A stretch of 32,000 bases of DNA from Wolbachia endosymbiont of Drosophila innubila (GTDB lineage Bacteria; Pseudomonadota; Alphaproteobacteria; Rickettsiales; Anaplasmataceae), in NCBI RefSeq assembly GCF_021378375.1, contig NZ_CP076228.1:390001-422000 (forward strand), written 5' to 3'. The notes beneath the pieces are model-generated. The model was not told the origin of the DNA and did no database searches. It worked only from the letters and a program-made list of their open reading frames with translations. Every line of letters begins with the position of its first letter. Within the stretch, counting starts at the first letter, position 1. The position numbers were made by a program, and so were the translations under genes. Below, piece after piece: positions 1 to 8,206 of the stretch.

Positions 1-104
1 ATATTAATATCAAAGTAACTACTGCAGAGGTTAAAAAAATCAATACTATATCACTTTGATCGAGCGTTAATATATCACCAAACAGTGAGCTAATAATACT
101 ATTA

Positions 105-329
105 TTGCCAGATGGAAGAAAAGACATAAGTATTAAACTCGATGATAAAACTACATTGGTAACAATGTTCAATATCGTATCAGCAGAATATAATCTGTTA
201 AAATTAAGAGAAAGTAGTATAGCAAATGTAATTGCAATGAGCATTATGCTAAGCGATGGGCTAATCTTAAAGATTAAAGCAAGTGCAACACCAAGCAACG
301 AAGAATGGGACAAACTATCACCAAGATAA
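105..329 (+). CDS. Hypothetical protein fragment; the same frame extends upstream beyond an in-frame TGA at 57-59
   Basis: ORF track starts at a TTG. The same frame reads INIKVTTAEVKKINTISL*SSVNISPNSELIILLLPDGRKD, so the start is uncertain. No family recognised. Confidence 0.35.
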   Translation: MPDGRKDISIKLDDKTTLVTMFNIVSAEYNLLKLRESSIANVIAMSIMLSDGLILKIKASATPSNEEWDKLSPR

Positions 330-431
330 GATAACCTTTGCCATATCATAAACGATCCTAAAGCGCCTGTTACTAGGCTAATTACAACTACTGCAACTAG
401 ACTGTTGATGAAAAAGTCCTGGGTAAGCATG

Positions 432-797
432 CTATATGGCTATTAGATAACTGACAACAAATCTATCTTCGGATATCAGAATATTATGGGTTCTGCATGC
501 AGAACCTGTTGTCATAAATTCAAAATTTAAACCTTTTTGTTCCATAAGATAGGACTTCACTGAAGAACTTAGTATATTGCGTGTTTTACCAGTACCTATT
601 AACAAAATTTCTATTTCCTCTGTTAAAAAAGATTCAAAATACTCCTTGCTGTTTATATCACTTTCTTTCAATTTTATCACCTTTTCAGGAAAAATTATAA
701 TTGAGCCGCAATATTCTTGATTGTTTACCAAAAATTTTCCTTCCCTGTAACCATTTATAAGATTTTTATTCTCGGAAATTAAGGGAGTTATATCCAT
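432..797 (-). CDS. Mth938-like / DUF498 (NDUFAF3-type) domain protein
   Basis: 121 aa with the family-like pattern INSKEYF..LLIGTGKT....S..K.YL...G..FE.M.TGSACRTHNIL. Confidence 0.65.
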   Translation of the reverse strand: MDITPLISENKNLINGYREGKFLVNNQEYCGSIIIFPEKVIKLKESDINSKEYFESFLTEEIEILLIGTGKTRNILSSSVKSYLMEQKGLNFEFMTTGSACRTHNILISEDRFVVSYLIAI

Positions 798-800
798 AAG

Positions 801-1667
801 TCAAACTATTAATTGAGTGTTGCATACCCACCATTCTGGTTGCTTTTTTCCGATATTAACTGCAGCAGCTTTTGCATTTTCCTCACTATCGAATATTCCA
901 AAGCATGATACACCACTGCCTGACATGCGAGAAAGTATAGAGCCTTCTTGTGACTTAAGTGTTGATATCACATCCTTAATTTCAGGTACAAAGCTTATTG
1001 CTATTTCTTGAAGATCGTTTCTCGTCTCTTTAAGAAACTTCAACAAATCCTTTTCAGCGTCATCGCTCCATTTAATTGGCTCAGAAAATTTTCCTTCATG
1101 TTTGGAAAATACCTCTGGTGTACTCAAAAACCTTTTTTTCGGTTTCACAAGCACCACATTTGTAGGTAAAGAGAATTTTTTAATGTGGCATAATTCTTCG
1201 CCAATACCTCTAACAAAAACTGGCTTGCTATCTACGCTTGCGGGAACATCAGCACCAACGTTTAAGGCTATTTCATTTAAAATCGTCCTATCAATCTCCC
1301 ACAGCTTCCCTAGCGTACGTACCACAGCTCCAGCATCTGAGGATCCGCTACCAAGTCCTGCAGCAATTGGTATGTTTTTTACAACCTTTACAGTGACTTT
1401 AGTGCGTACAGGAGCATGCCTAAGCAGCAGATTAACCGCTTTCATTACAGTGTTATATTGGTTATTTATTTTAGACTCGGAGTTTATAAATTCAACTGTA
1501 GAGTTATCGTATCTAGAATCCTTCTCACCTACTTTTATTTCCAAAAAATTAGAGAGATTAGCAAAGACAAATAAACCTTCAATCAAGTGATACCCTGTTT
1601 CTTTTTTGTCTACAACATGCAAAAAAAGATTGATTTTTGCAGGCGCCTTTACACAAAAACTTTTCAT
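801..1667 (-). CDS. ispE: 4-diphosphocytidyl-2-C-methyl-D-erythritol kinase
   Basis: GHMP kinase signature IPIAAGLGSGSSDAGAVVRTL; N-terminal CVKAPAKINLFLHVVDKKETGYHLIEGLFVF. Confidence 0.95.
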   Translation of the reverse strand: MKSFCVKAPAKINLFLHVVDKKETGYHLIEGLFVFANLSNFLEIKVGEKDSRYDNSTVEFINSESKINNQYNTVMKAVNLLLRHAPVRTKVTVKVVKNIPIAAGLGSGSSDAGAVVRTLGKLWEIDRTILNEIALNVGADVPASVDSKPVFVRGIGEELCHIKKFSLPTNVVLVKPKKRFLSTPEVFSKHEGKFSEPIKWSDDAEKDLLKFLKETRNDLQEIAISFVPEIKDVISTLKSQEGSILSRMSGSGVSCFGIFDSEENAKAAAVNIGKKQPEWWVCNTQLIV

Positions 1668-1748
1668 TATATATCTTCACTAACACTATTTTTACATTAT
1701 ATGTATAATGCTATTCTAGTCAACTTTTATAAGGTTCTCGCACTTCTG

Positions 1749-4700
1749 ATGAGATCAAATGCCATAAATCCTAATTTCTCTGTGTGGGTAAATGCGTCCG
1801 CTGGTACAGGCAAAACAAAAATCTTAATAGACAGAGTATTGAGACTTTTATTAGAAAACAAAAGAAATATTCTTTGCTTAACATTCACCAATGCTGCAGC
1901 AAACGAAATGGAGAATCGCATTCACAGCATACTCAGTAAGTGGGCAATATGTTCAGATAGTGTGTTGGCAGCAGATCTAGAACAACTAGATTTCTTTCCA
2001 ATGTCATCCCAGTGCGTGACACTGGGATCTCAGCACCCCTACTTGTCATCCCAGTGCGTGACACTGGGATCCAGAAAAAATAAAGATTATTTAACAAGAG
2101 CAAGAAGGCTTTTCTCTGAACTGGAAAATCTTGGTCTAACTATACAAACCATACACGCTTTCTGTTACAAATTAATCTCCAGCTTTCCTATAGAAGCTGG
2201 CATTGCTCCAAATTGTACGCTGAGCGAATGCAAAGAATTACATTCCATCATATTCAATAAAGTGCTTCATAACGAAACTGTGCAGGATGATATCAACCTT
2301 ATTGCAACTGAAATTGATGAAAATAAACTACGCGATTTGCTTTATACTTTATGTGTAAAAAGATCAGCGTCAGCAAATGATTCGAAATATATCAAAGATA
2401 AATTGAGCGCCCCAGATGGAATTCATGACTTACAGAGTGAAACAATTGAGCACGTGGAAAGACTAGCCGAGATATTAAGTGAAGGCAGTAAAAGAGATCA
2501 GAGTTATAGTGAAATACTTTATTCTACTGTCATCCCAGCTGGGATCCAGAAGAAAAGAACCAGCGTCACGCGCTGGAATGACACTAAAGTAGAAAACCTA
2601 GCCAAGGTCTTTTTAAAATCAGAATCGCACGAAAAAAAGAGCATATCATCCATTGCAACAAAAAGTATTTTGGAGAAATTCAAAGATGCAGAGCAAATAA
2701 TAGAGAGCGTTCAGAATGTAGTATTTACCCATATAAGAGACATGAACTCTTATCAAATATTCAAGAGAACCAGTAGCTTACTTGGTGTATTTAAAGTATA
2801 TGTTGATTTGTATAATAGTGAAAAATCAAAAAATGCACTGCTTGACTACAATGATATAATCAACTTAGCAACAAATCTTCTTAGCAATCCAAACTATAAA
2901 GATGGGATATTGTTTAACTTGGATCAAAAAATAGATCACATCCTTGTTGACGAGGCACAAGACAATAGCATCAGCCAGTGGAAAATTATAACAAATCTCT
3001 GCGATGAATTTTTTGCCGGTAATGATGAAAAGCGAACCTTATTTGTTGTTGGTGACGTAAAACAATCCATATACAGATTTCAAGGAGCAAATCCCCATCT
3101 ATTCAACTATATGCAACAATACTTTCATACGAAAACTGGTGGTAGAGATTGGATATCATGCCAACTTGAAAAGTCATTTCGCTCAACTCCAGAAGTTTTG
3201 ATGCTTGTAGATAGAATATTTAATAACTTCCGCGCAGAAATATCTTTTAATGATAATGAAATAAAACATGTTCCACATAGAGAAAATGACCAAGGATATA
3301 TTGAAATTTGGCCAGCGTTACCAAGGCGCAAAGAGAAAGAACAGCAAGCTTTACAAATTCCTCTGACATGCAGGGAAAATTATATAATAGCAGACCGATT
3401 ACTTGCTCAAACAATAGCCAACAGAATTCACAATTGGTTAAATGAAGGGCGAATTTTAGTCGCTAAAGATCGCCATATAGAGCCAAGAGACATTATGATT
3501 TTGGTACGGCAACGAAACGTATTAGTTGATTACATAATAAGCGAACTTAAAAAAGCAAACGTGCCAGTTGTAGGCCGGGATTATTTTAGAATTATGGACT
3601 ATATAGCCGTGCAGGACTTAATAGCTTTGGCCGAATTTTTACTCCTCCAGGCAAATGATTTAGCTCTTGCAAATGCTTTAAAATCACCGCTATTTAATTT
3701 CACCGAGGATGATTTATTTAACATTGCATACGACCGTAAAGAGCATTCACTATGGGAAAGAATTCAGGATTATTCTGTGGTTATCTATAGTGAATTAAAC
3801 TATCTCATTAACTTATCTCGCATAGAGTCTCCTCTTGCACTATTTACACATATATTGCGTACAGGTAAGAAGAAATTTGCTGCAAGGCTAGGTCTTGAGT
3901 GCTTTGAGGTTCTAGACGAATTTATGAACCTCGTGTTGCAATTTGAAAACCCATCTCTTCAAGCGTTTGTTCAATGGATCAAGGAGAATAATCCGGAGAT
4001 TAAGAATGATATGCAATCAGAACGCAATGCTGTGCGAATAATGACAATTCACAAATCAAAAGGTCTGCAAGCTCCCATAGTATTTTTGGTTGATACAAAC
4101 ACAGTGCCAAGAAACAGTGAAAGCATTATCTTTGATGGAACAGAAGTGCCATTTTGGTGTGGAAAAAACAACAACGCTTATTGCGATCAAGTAAAAAGAG
4201 AGAAAAAACTAGAGGATTATAATGAATATTTGCGTTTATTATACGTAGCACTCACGCGTGCTGAAGATGAGTTATACATCTTAAGTAAAGAGCCAGTGCA
4301 AAAGGGCTCTTGGTATGATCTAATCACTAAGTACGGAGAGCCATATGAAAAGAAACAAAGGGATTTACAGCCAATATTTAAAGAAAAAGTTGAAGTATTA
4401 TGCGTGAATGCAAACTACCCTTACATTTATAAAAAACGTGATTATTTTGACGTTCCGGTCATTTCCCTTCCACCAGCTTTAGCCCACTCTTCGGTGTCAT
4501 CCCAGCGCGTGACGCTGGAATCCAGTGAAAAAGAAGGAGCAGAATGGATCCCAGTGTCAGCTACTTGGATGACAGATGGTTATGCAAGAGGCCTGATTAT
4601 TCACAGCATATTGCAGTATATGCCCAAGATAGAAAAAGAAAGGAGAAAAAATTGGGTCAGAAAATACCTTGATAACATCAGCGAAGATAAGGATGAAATT

Positions 4701-5012
4701 TACAGTAAAATATTAGCCTTTAATGAAAAATATGGCTATTTGTTTGACTTGGAAGGCAAATCAGAGATTACACTGAGTGGAACAATTGATGGCAAGTCAG
4801 TATTAGTACGACTAGATAGGCTATGCATAACGCAAGATAAAGCAATCATAATTGACTACAAATCACACCGTAACGTTTCTGTTTCCTTATTAAATGAAAT
4901 AAAAAAACAGATGTTAATCTATAAAACCTTAGTACAAGAAATATATCCAAACAAGCAAGTAGAGTGCGTGGTTATTTGGGTGGAAGATTTAACCATTCAA
5001 TCTGACTTTTAA
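1749..5012 (+). CDS. addA: AddA-type double-strand break repair helicase/nuclease (UvrD/Rep superfamily)
   Basis: Walker A VNASAGTGKTK, LCLTFTNAAANEM, LVDEAQDNS, VGDVKQSIYRFQGA, MTIHKSKGLQAP, VALTRAEDELY and C-terminal IIDYKSHR nuclease motif. The track ORF starts at 1587; ATG at 1749 (MRSNAINPNFSVWVNASAGTGKTK) is the more likely start. Confidence 0.9.
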   Translation: MRSNAINPNFSVWVNASAGTGKTKILIDRVLRLLLENKRNILCLTFTNAAANEMENRIHSILSKWAICSDSVLAADLEQLDFFPMSSQCVTLGSQHPYLSSQCVTLGSRKNKDYLTRARRLFSELENLGLTIQTIHAFCYKLISSFPIEAGIAPNCTLSECKELHSIIFNKVLHNETVQDDINLIATEIDENKLRDLLYTLCVKRSASANDSKYIKDKLSAPDGIHDLQSETIEHVERLAEILSEGSKRDQSYSEILYSTVIPAGIQKKRTSVTRWNDTKVENLAKVFLKSESHEKKSISSIATKSILEKFKDAEQIIESVQNVVFTHIRDMNSYQIFKRTSSLLGVFKVYVDLYNSEKSKNALLDYNDIINLATNLLSNPNYKDGILFNLDQKIDHILVDEAQDNSISQWKIITNLCDEFFAGNDEKRTLFVVGDVKQSIYRFQGANPHLFNYMQQYFHTKTGGRDWISCQLEKSFRSTPEVLMLVDRIFNNFRAEISFNDNEIKHVPHRENDQGYIEIWPALPRRKEKEQQALQIPLTCRENYIIADRLLAQTIANRIHNWLNEGRILVAKDRHIEPRDIMILVRQRNVLVDYIISELKKANVPVVGRDYFRIMDYIAVQDLIALAEFLLLQANDLALANALKSPLFNFTEDDLFNIAYDRKEHSLWERIQDYSVVIYSELNYLINLSRIESPLALFTHILRTGKKKFAARLGLECFEVLDEFMNLVLQFENPSLQAFVQWIKENNPEIKNDMQSERNAVRIMTIHKSKGLQAPIVFLVDTNTVPRNSESIIFDGTEVPFWCGKNNNAYCDQVKREKKLEDYNEYLRLLYVALTRAEDELYILSKEPVQKGSWYDLITKYGEPYEKKQRDLQPIFKEKVEVLCVNANYPYIYKKRDYFDVPVISLPPALAHSSVSSQRVTLESSEKEGAEWIPVSATWMTDGYARGLIIHSILQYMPKIEKERRKNWVRKYLDNISEDKDEIYSKILAFNEKYGYLFDLEGKSEITLSGTIDGKSVLVRLDRLCITQDKAIIIDYKSHRNVSVSLLNEIKKQMLIYKTLVQEIYPNKQVECVVIWVEDLTIQSDF

Positions 5013-5037
5013 CGAAACTTGATTGCAAGAAATAGCT

Positions 5038-5329
5038 ACTACGTCATACCACCGCGAACCGTCATACCGCCGCAGACCGTCATACCGCGATTCATTCGCG
5101 GTATCTCAGCCGCTAACACGTAGCAGAATGACAGCAGTCCTACGTCATACCGCTGCGGATAGATCCCGCTAACAAGTAGCGGGATGACGAATTACTTAAC
5201 TGTCATACCACCGCAAACCGTCATACCGCCGCGGTATCTCAGCCACTAACAAGTAGCGGGATGACAAATTACTCAACCGTTATCCTGCTGCTCCTTTCTC
5301 GTCATCCCGCTACGTGTTAGCGGGATCTC
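5038..5329. repeat. Cluster of Wolbachia-type palindromic repeat fragments
   Basis: Repeated modules GTCATACCGC..GATTCATTCGCGGTATCTC and GATCCCGCTAACAAGTAGCGGGATGAC, self-complementary, several copies. Confidence 0.85.
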
Positions 5330-5336
5330 AGCATAG

Positions 5337-5627
5337 CTATCTTAAAGCTAAGTAATATAAGTCAATCCAGCTAGGATTCTTTTGATTGATCAAATTAATT
5401 TTCCACTGCCTTGGCCATTCTTTCAGGCGCCTTTCTCTTGCAATAGCTAAACTTATATCTTCAAACTCTTCAAAATATACAAGTTTATTTACATTATATC
5501 TTGATGTAAAACCTGAAACAATTTTGTTTTTGTGTTCCCAAATCCTCTTGATCAAATTTGCAGTTACACCAATATATAATGTGCTATTAGCTTTATTTGT
5601 AAGTATATAGATATATGATAACTTCAT
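5337..5627 (-). CDS. GIY-YIG domain nuclease superfamily protein
   Basis: YIYILTNKANSTLYIGVTANLIKRIWEHKNK......YNVNKLVYFE and a conserved tail around KEWPRQWKINLI. Confidence 0.92.
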   Translation of the reverse strand: MKLSYIYILTNKANSTLYIGVTANLIKRIWEHKNKIVSGFTSRYNVNKLVYFEEFEDISLAIARERRLKEWPRQWKINLINQKNPSWIDLYYLALR

Positions 5628-5668
5628 CTTAATCGTTTATAGCTAAAGTAACTGAGGTTTACCAACAT

Positions 5669-5864
5669 TATACTACACCATCATACCACAATAAAACTTA
5701 CCGTCATGCCGCCGCAGATAGATCCCGCTAACACGTAGCGGGATGACGAGTTACTATACCGCGGCGGTATCTCAGCCGCTAACAAGCAGCGGGATGACAG
5801 CAATCTACGTCATACCGCGATTCATTCGCGGTATCTCTTAGCCGTTAACACGTAGCGGAATGAC
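5669..5864. repeat. Palindromic repeat cluster
   Basis: Same modules as 5038..5329 (GATCCCGCTAACACGTAGCGGGATGAC; CATACCGCGATTCATTCGCGGTATCTC). Confidence 0.85.
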
Positions 5865-5904
5865 GATTGTCGGTAAATCTAAGTTACTGTAGCTATAAAG
5901 GCTT

Positions 5905-6585
5905 TCACAACAACCTATTTTCCTTGAAACTAAAATAGCTACTGAATGTAATAATAATGTGATCTATTAATTCTATTCCTATACTTTGGCAAGCTTCTGC
6001 TAGTTGTCTAGTGAGAGATATATCGCTATTTGAAGGTTGTGTATCTCCGCTTGGATGATTGTGAGATATTACAATGGATGTTGAACCAATCAAAAGTGCG
6101 CGCTTGATGATCTCTCTGACATAAAGAGGAGTTTGATCTACTGTACCAATATTTTGCAAGTCTTCCGCTATTAGACGATACTTTTTATTCATATAGATGA
6201 CACGAAAATTTTCCTTATTGAGGCTTCCTATACTTATTCTTAAATAATCAAGCAATTTTTCCCAGTTATCGATTACAGGCAGGTTTTTTATTTCTTCTCT
6301 TGCAGAACGAACAAAGGCTTGTTTTACACAAAAGATGGCAGATATCGCTGCATTGCTGACATCATCAACGTTTTGCAGCGCTTCCAGGTCAGCATTAAAA
6401 ACTTTATTTAAGCTGCCAAAACTTTCTATCAAACTCTTTGCCACCGGTTTTACATCAATTCTACTATATGCTGAATATAAAATGTGCTCTAAAACTTCAT
6501 AATCAAGTAATGATTGTCCATTATCTAAAATAATTTTCTCTCTTAGGCGCTTTCTATGCCCCTTTTTGTAATTTTTCATCATCAA
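5905..6585 (-). CDS. radC: RadC family protein (JAB/MPN domain)
   Basis: YMNKKYRLIAEDLQNIGTVDQTPLYVREIIKRALLIGSTSIVISHNHPSGDTQPSNSDISLTR..........DHIII, with N-terminal GHRKRLREKI. Confidence 0.92.
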   Translation of the reverse strand: MMMKNYKKGHRKRLREKIILDNGQSLLDYEVLEHILYSAYSRIDVKPVAKSLIESFGSLNKVFNADLEALQNVDDVSNAAISAIFCVKQAFVRSAREEIKNLPVIDNWEKLLDYLRISIGSLNKENFRVIYMNKKYRLIAEDLQNIGTVDQTPLYVREIIKRALLIGSTSIVISHNHPSGDTQPSNSDISLTRQLAEACQSIGIELIDHIIITFSSYFSFKENRLL

Positions 6586-6719
6586 TGAATTGCTTATCTC
6601 TTGTATAATAAGAAATTAGATTTTTAAGTAAAATATTTAATAAGGCGCATGACGCACAATTGTAAGAACATTCATTTTTAAAGACAGCAAATGGTGTCAT
6701 GAAAGTAGCTGACGCGAGC

Positions 6720-6940
6720 TCTACGTCATACCGCCGCAGACCATCATACCGCCGCAGACCGTCATACCGCGATTCATTCGCGGTATCTCATCCGCTAACA
6801 AGAGATCCCGCTAACAAGTAGCGGGATGACGAATTACTTAACCGTCATGCCACCGTGAACCGTCATACCGCGATTCATTCGCGGTATCTCTAGGTCCCGC
6901 TAACAAGTAGCGGGATACTTGATCTTTACAGGGATGACGG
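6720..6940. repeat. Palindromic repeat cluster
   Basis: Multiple GTCATACCGCGATTCATTCGCGGTATCTC and CCCGCTAACAAGTAGCGGGAT modules. Confidence 0.85.
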
Positions 6941-6960
6941 TTGTCGTTTAGCTACAAACA

Positions 6961-7390
6961 TTAAAAAATTTACCAAATGAAAAAAAAGGCAAAAGAAACC
7001 CTAGTCATTGTCTATTTTCAGTATTGGCGTTTTTAAGTCTTAAACACTGCAATTTAGCTGCTTTTGAATGCAACTAACCTACGCTGCAAATGTTTAAGAA
7101 ATTTACTAAGCAGAAAAAAAGGCAAAAGAAACCCCGTGTTAGCTAGTTGTCACTCTCTAATCCTGCAAATTGGCGTACTATACTGTCTTAAACGACTTAT
7201 AAGCGCGTTTCAGCTTATATAGGTAAAAACCCAGAAATGTTGTGAAGACATAAGGTGCACATAGTGCAAAAAATTAAAAATAAGACGCCAACTACGTTGT
7301 TTTCTTGCTGTTTAATCTGCACAGATGAAGATAACTGAATACCTTCAATACCATGATAAGGGGGCTGGCGAAGGGTGTCAAGTAGTTTTT
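6961..7390. repeat. Diverged intergenic repeat element, copy A (two internal subunits)
   Basis: Collinear similarity by eye to 14281..14733, including GGCAAAAGAAACCC, GACATAAGGTGCACATAGTGCAAAAAATTAAA, GACGCCA..TACGTTG and CATGATAAGGG.GCTGGCGA.G. Confidence 0.75.
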
Positions 7391-8000
7391 AGCTCTGCCT
7401 TCTAAGGCTTTTACTCGTGACAACCACTGTGCCTGCGATCTTATCGTGCCAAGTTTGACAGCGTTTGTTGAAATTTGACCATAAAAAGCCCAAGAACAAT
7501 GGTGCAACTGACAATATAAAGGAAAAAAATCTCTTTGTTGCTTGTTTTAGGGTCATCTTTTCGAAAGTTTGTGCATCCACAACTCTAAGCCCAAATAATA
7601 GTTTTCCAGGTGTAGTAGCAAACTTTACCCACATATATATTACATAGCAAAAGAGCATAATAAACTGGACTATTTGATTTAGAATCATTAATTTTACAAG
7701 TCTACTCTGCATTGCCTTTTCTTCTATAGAAAGTGGCACTTGCATTGGGGATTTTGCAGCAACTTGGCTGAATATTTTGCTATCCTCTGAGTTTGTAAAG
7801 AGCTGATTAAAGGCTTGGCTGCAAAACTGCAAGAACAAAACGATAATAATTAAATCAAGCAATACTGATATATAGCGCCTGAGGCCCGTTACATAACATA
7901 TCCCATTTTCATCTTTCTTTACCTTTTGAATAACATTTATAGAAGAAAAAATAGAAAATAAACGATTAAAAAATTTATGTAACATATATATACTTTCCAA
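7389..8000 (-). CDS. RDD family membrane protein
   Basis: YISVLLDLIIIVL.....ATTPGKLLFGLRVVDAQTFEKMTLKQATKRFF and C-terminal RCQTWHDKIAGTVVV are typical of RDD proteins. Confidence 0.85.
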   Translation of the reverse strand: MESIYMLHKFFNRLFSIFSSINVIQKVKKDENGICYVTGLRRYISVLLDLIIIVLFLQFCSQAFNQLFTNSEDSKIFSQVAAKSPMQVPLSIEEKAMQSRLVKLMILNQIVQFIMLFCYVIYMWVKFATTPGKLLFGLRVVDAQTFEKMTLKQATKRFFSFILSVAPLFLGFLWSNFNKRCQTWHDKIAGTVVVTSKSLRRQS

Positions 8001-8009
8001 TATTTAACG

Positions 8010-8092
8010 TGCCCCTGGCCGGACTTGAACCAGCATGCTTTTGCAAGCAACAGATTTTGAGTCTGCCGTGTCTACCATTCCACCACAGGGGC
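8010..8092 (-). tRNA. tRNA-Leu, anticodon CAA
   Basis: Reverse complement GCCCCTGTGGTGGAATGGTAGACACGGCAGACTCAAAATCTGTTGCTTGCAAAAGCATGCTGGTTCAAGTCCGGCCAGGGGCA; 7-bp acceptor stem, 7-nt loop CTCAAAA, long variable arm, TTCAAGTCC T loop. Confidence 0.95.
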
Positions 8093-8206
8093 ATTAAGTT
8101 TTAATGCTATAGGCAACACGGAATTAGTCAAATTTTTTTGCCTTTACATCTTTCAAATGAGGACTAAATATTCTACAATAATCAACAGTTACTCTCAAAA
8201 CTTAAA

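Noticed and set aside
57-59. TGA read as selenocysteine or recoding
   Set aside because: No SECIS-like structure or selenoprotein family; premature stop or a restart is simpler.
1102-1590. 162-aa plus-strand ORF
   Set aside because: Entirely antisense to the well supported ispE gene; composition looks like a shadow ORF.
1587-1748. N-terminal extension of the addA ORF in the track
   Set aside because: Overlaps ispE antisense and precedes the conserved helicase N terminus; ATG at 1749 is a better start.
5038-5329. Possible CRISPR array from repeated GTCATACCGC motifs
   Set aside because: Repeats are themselves palindromic, irregularly spaced and variable, with no uniform spacers and no cas genes nearby.
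7292-7507. 71-aa minus-strand ORF
   Set aside because: Covers the end of repeat element A and is antisense-adjacent to the RDD gene tail; no family resemblance.
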